Of a stretch of 64,000 nucleotides of DNA, positions 59,401 to 64,000 are shown in pieces (positions within the stretch are counted from its first letter, which is position 1; each line of letters starts with the position of its first letter). The notes below the pieces were generated by a model, which worked only from the letters and a program-made list of their open reading frames with translations, was not told the origin of the DNA and searched no databases. Source of the stretch: Podarcis liolepis. Taxonomy: Eukaryota. The position numbers and the translations under genes are program-made. The DNA lies in the NCBI GenBank assembly GCA_965112155.1, contig OZ218098.1; one strand, written 5' to 3'.

Positions 59401-62088
59401 TTTCTTCAGGATGTTCATGGAGTGTAGCCAAGATTTTTCACTCATTAAACTATTTTTGCCTTTTTTCTTTAGGTGAATCAGATGGCTCCTCTTCATCCGG
59501 ATTATCCCCCAATGGTTCTGTAGCTATTATATCCAGGTTCGTTTTAGGAATGTTCTGTCTGTAATGCATTGGATCCTTTTGTTCTTGGATAATCCCATGG
59601 GATGGCCACCTGGAGACCCTGATCTGTTTGCCTTGGTGAAATCACTTGGCTTGCACTTGCTGGCTGTGCCCATCTGCAAAGAGAAACAGAGATGCTAAGC
59701 AGTTGGACTGAAAGGCAGCTTAGTTTTCATTCTGGGTTGGTGTTTCTCAGCCAAAGCAAACCTCACTTTCTCAGTCAATGTGTTGGTCAAGAGCCTCAGG
59801 AATTAAACTGAATGGCATATGATGGAAACGGATGTCCCAGAGAAAGTGTTGTGCTGCTCACTTCTCCAACTGTGCCTGGTATTCTTTTCCTAGGAATTGC
59901 GTTGAGGGATTGGTGCCTACACTAGAGGGCCAAGAACGAATTCTCAAGCCAGCTCTTACATGCAGCCTGTTCCCCAATGTGCCTCCCACAATATATTTTG
60001 GTACCCGGGATGAGAGAGGTAAGGTGGATCTGAATTCATTGCACGAAACAGGCAATGCCAGAAAACCCTAGTGTACTATAGTGGTGGAGTGGATTCTTGG
60101 GTGGGGAGGTGATGGTGGGGTGCATGTGGTCATGTCATTTAAGTGTGTGGTGTAATGATGCCTTTCCAATGGAGTTACTAAGGTCTCCAGGTGATGTGAA
60201 GAGAAAACCTTAAATCTAGATTTATATCTGTGGAGCTGTAGGATTTTGAGATCACCAGCAAAGAGGTTCAGCACTGAAATGGCTGAAATAGCAGTTGAGA
60301 TGCTGGAAGGTACAGTAATATTTGATGGGCATTCACTTTGACCCTCAATCTTAATCCCACCATAGGTGGAGTATGTATCTTTCCTGCCCTGGCCTATGAT
60401 GGGGTGAGTGGACATCCAGATTCACTTGCATCAGAGATGGTCCCATTTGTCGTATTTTGCTCTGGCCTGGGTGCTTTCATAGTGGAGAGCAGGCATTATC
60501 ACAGCATCACAACAATCTTTGGTCTTTGAAGAATTAAAGCTGGTCTTAACCTGTTTGGATGTGCACATAGACCGACTCAGCATACTTCTTGCTATAGATA
60601 GCATAATTTCTCAAACTTCTTGAGCTTAGTGTCGCTATCTGCCTTTTAAACTTCTGCCTTCCCCCTCCCCAATTCAGGACTAGCCACCTGTCTCATTGCA
60701 TAGCATGGAGATCGAGGCAGCAGCTCTTCCCAGATCAGACTGGCATGATTCGGCAAGTAGGGGAACAGCTGCACCCCTGTCCACAAAACAAATTAGGATC
60801 CTCTGTTAGAGGGCTTTCAACCTATCCATTTATTCACTGATGAGAGGAGGGAAGTCCCACCTGCCTCAAAATCCTGTTCCTCCCAGAAACTTTGCACATT
60901 CCTTCAGGTGTGTTGTGCTTCTCAGTTTGGGAACCACTGTTCTATGGACAAGTGACAGAGCTTTTGCCAAGGGTTTTCTTTCACTTGGTGATCTGATTCT
61001 GTTGAAATTCATTGAATAAAATTATTACCCTTCTAGCACTTCATGACAAATTGATGTCCTCAGCCAAAGGAGATGCTCCCGTGGTTGGGTTTCCCTTCTA
61101 ACCTTAGAATTTCTTTCTTTCCTAGTGGAGAAGCTCCCTTGGGAACAGAGGAAGATGCTACGATGGAAGATGAGCACGGTGACTCCCAACATTGTAAAGG
61201 CAACGATCTCCAGGTCCCACTTCAAAATCAGCAAGAGTGAGTTGTATTGTGGGAATGGTCTGTGGGTGCATGTTGCCTCCTGCCTTAAATACACCCAGAC
61301 TCACAGCTTTATCTTGGAATAGTGCTAATGTTTGGAAGTGAACTGTCCCACTTTCAGACGCAGATCTTCAGTAGCAGAGCAACAAAAGCTCCCATAGAAT
61401 TGATTACTCTAATGCACCTCCCTTGCATGGAGGACTCTGAAAGATGCTGCAAATCATGAAGCTGCAGATCTAATTGCGGCTCTTTCGCTGCTTCCCTCTT
61501 AAGTCTTGGGCAAGCTTCATGGCACTTCTGCCTATGTGTATGCCCTTGGGCAACTCTTGTCCAGATGGATACTGACCACAAAGTGCTAATGTTTACTGCA
61601 GAACAGCAAGAGCTGCAGCATGGTCTGTACTTACAAACTGGGAAAGAATGTTCAAGACATGGAATAAAACTCCATATCCTAGCAATTCTCGTAGAGTTTG
61701 CTTATACATCTGATGATCTGTGTCTGGTAATGCAGAGCTGTAGCTGCTCTTTCCAGTAGGTTGTTTGATAAATGCAGCAAGCCTTCACCCCCTACCCTTC
61801 CAATAAGAGGAGACTTAGATAGATAGGGATTGTGGGGGCTTTAATTTGACATCTCCTGCCTGCTCACCTGTAATTGAATAGGCTTTGATGTGGCAGTATA
61901 CCCTGTGATGCTGATGCTACAATCTTTTTAGAGTTGTGTACAGTTCTCAATAGGGTTTATTGTGGCTGCTCATATGAGGCCACTCTTGGTTCATGTGGAA
62001 GGGGAAACATGGATAAGGCAGGAAAATTATTTCCAATTCATATTTTCCAAACTGAAATTCTTATATGCCTGAGACTGTTGTATAAACA

Positions 62089-62153
<65 letters not shown>

Positions 62154-62940
62154 AATGTGACATTCAGAGAATAGTCTGTGAACTGCCCTATTGCCCACAG
62201 GAAACAATGACTGGCTGGGCTGCTGGGGCCATCACATGAAATCTCCGGGGTTCAGAGTTATCAGAGAACATCAGAAGGTATGAGATATGGTCATGACTAC
62301 AAAAGGACATATTAAAGAATATAATACAGTGTGGGGAAAGGGCATGAGATGCATTTCACTCTGGCCTTTTCTGCCATTTTCTCCATCTGAGTGCTGCATG
62401 TAGCTGATACTTTCCTGTTTTCTGCTGCAGTGTTCTCTTTCCTTTAGTCCCTTCATGTTCTCTTGGTGGCTGTGCCTCTGAAGGAGGCAGCCTAGGTTTG
62501 CAAGACACTATATGGTAGAAACTTCAGTGCTGGCATGCTTCCTTCATGGGAACTACCTGTTGGGAGTACCAGCCCAGGGGCTTTTGGGGTGGGGGGTTGT
62601 ATGGACAATCTAGGTTCTTGCAGCTATCCCTGAATTTGGAGGAGAAGGCACCCCCCTGTTGAACCTTTATCTTGCCTTTTTACCAGCTAGGATACAGCAG
62701 GAAACCTCATTACTCCTTTCTTGTCTCTTCCTTTCCTTCCTGCAGTTGAATCATTTTCCTGGCTCATTCCAAATTGGTCGGAAGGACCGTCTGTGGAGAA
62801 ATGTGTCCAAAATGCAGTTGCGCTTTGGGAAGAAGGAGTTCAACTTTCTGCCCCAGTCCTTCATCCTTCCTCAGGATATCAAGCTGCTCAGAAAGGCCTG
62901 GGAAGATTGTGGGAGCCGACAGAAATGGATTGTGAAGCCG
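55036..62940 (+). CDS. TTLL4: TTLL4 tubulin/protein monoglutamylase, 5' part (continues beyond the window)
   Basis: Exons 55036-56429, 57726-57847, 59473-59536, 59894-60018, 61126-61236, 62201-62277, 62746-62940, with consistent phases. Motifs: MAS.G...YS.GL, QQVKPIW.LE.K, YRPVLNNNSFL.P.S.KVP, SLFPNVPPTIYFGTRDERVEKLPWEQRK.LRWKMSTVTPNIVK, WLGCWGHHMKSP, LNHFPGSFQIGRKDRLWRN, WIVKP. Confidence 0.95.
56576..57236. mobile_element. hAT-like non-autonomous DNA transposon nested in a short palindromic repeat
   Basis: Ends ..CTGGGCGATATC / GATATGTCGCCCAG..; TSD gctgtctg / gctgactg; splits an older element spanning 56511-57285. Confidence 0.7.
57726..57847 (+). CDS. TTLL4: TTLL4 exon (acidic: EEELPDGLEDACSQDEE)
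   Basis: gtag/gtcagc. Confidence 0.87.
59473..59536 (+). CDS. TTLL4: TTLL4 exon (ESDGSSSSGLSPNGSVAIIS)
   Basis: ttag/gttcgt; phase fit. Confidence 0.85.
59894..60018 (+). CDS. TTLL4: TTLL4 exon (...SLFPNVPPTIYFGTRDER)
   Basis: ctag/gtaagg. Confidence 0.92.
61126..61236 (+). CDS. TTLL4: TTLL4 exon (EKLPWEQRKMLRWKMSTVTPNIVK...)
   Basis: ctag/gtgagt. Confidence 0.93.
62091..62150. repeat. (TA)n microsatellite
   Basis: direct reading. Confidence 0.92.
62201..62277 (+). CDS. TTLL4: TTLL4 exon (NNDWLGCWGHHMKSPGFRVIREHQK)
   Basis: acag/gtatga. Confidence 0.93.
62746..62940 (+). CDS. TTLL4: TTLL4 exon, TTL domain (LNHFPGSFQIGRKDRLWRN...WIVKP)
   Basis: gcag/gtgagg. Confidence 0.94.
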
Positions 62941-64000
62941 GTGAGGGAGGGCACAGATATGGTTCGAACTGTATAGAGATAGGGATGTGTCCTTTGTGTG
63001 CCTTCTGCCATGGCATAGCCATGCTTTCCCTTGCCTTGCCAGTTTCAGGTTTTCTTGGATGAATCTGATTTTTCTTGATGCATTTCATTAGGCTTTAGGA
63101 CTTGTGTTGGGACAGACTGCCTTTGGGATGAGCTCTGTTCTGTTTTTGTATTGTGTGGTTTTTATTCTGCTTCAGATTTTAGGTATTCTGTTTCATGATT
63201 TTAATCTCTGTAAACCACTCAGAGAACTTAAGTAATTAGATGGTACTGAAGTGCAGTTAACAATAATTAATGGTAATGTAAACTACACTCCCCCCCACAC
63301 ATCTTCCACTATAGCAACAATGCATATTCTCTTCTTATAGATGGACAGTTTCTACTTGTGTATTCTGGTTCCCTCTTGACTATATCCTAGCTTTAGCCCA
63401 ATAGTCCCTTTGGCTGTTGGTCTCCCTCTTGCTGCAAGTAGGACCTGCACCAGTCTGAAAACCCACCTGTCATCTTCTTCTTCATTCATTTCCTTGATAC
63501 TGGGAAGGACAGGTGTAATCTTCCCTGGTGCATTGTTTTAAAATATTCTGGGTTTTTATTCTTTGCAATCTTGTAAAGGTTGTGAATAAAAGTGCTTCAC
63601 ATTTGCATTTCCCCATGTCATTGAATCTGAGGTGTTTGTGCGTTGAATGTTGTAGGTGAAAAGAGGCACCCTTAAACATGTAAATGAGGAGAGAAGACTG
63701 GGAAACAGGCAGGGGGTGCTTCCTTCTGTTCATAGGAGCCTCAAACATTTCCTAAATAGAGAGAGAGGTGTGCCCCCCCCTTTCATGAGGACTAAAGTAT
63801 TTTCAAAACCCTAGATATTCTCTGACTCGACAGGTTCCACAGTCTGTACTGTACTGCATGACTACAGCCAGGCGCGTTTTTGAAACCTCTAGGGAATTAG
63901 CTTATCAGTCAGTGACAGCAAGGAACTCAAAGCTGCTATACACCAACTTGTGAATGTACAAAGCTTTTATTGACTTAAAAAGTCTTTGCTGACATGTTCA

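Overview
Eukaryotic, intron-rich vertebrate DNA. It is almost certainly a squamate lizard, probably a lacertid, given a full-length Sauria SINE plus L2, CR1 and RTE LINE remnants and hAT/mariner MITEs. Four spliced protein-coding genes can be rebuilt by hand from GT-AG sites and consistent intron phases. (1) ABCB6 (+): the last 16 exons, 795-15785, ending in an unusually long acidic tail with a 21-nt tandem repeat. (2) An uncharacterised 7-exon gene (-), 29452-17703, 544 aa. It has a signal peptide, a Cys-rich and furin-cleavable N-terminal half, and a legumain/C13-like (clan CD) domain whose catalytic His and Cys positions are Pro and Ser, with an EF-hand-type Ca2+ loop inserted between them. 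(3) Complete ZFAND2B/AIRAPL (-), 46265-35647, 272 aa. (4) The 5' part of TTLL4 (+), from 55036, sharing a bidirectional CpG-island promoter with ZFAND2B. The best candidate for an undescribed system is gene 2: a secreted clan-CD pseudoprotease lying between ABCB6 and ZFAND2B, which are direct neighbours in human. Most ORFs in the supplied track are intronic noise. All homology statements are from motif recognition and memory, not database searches.
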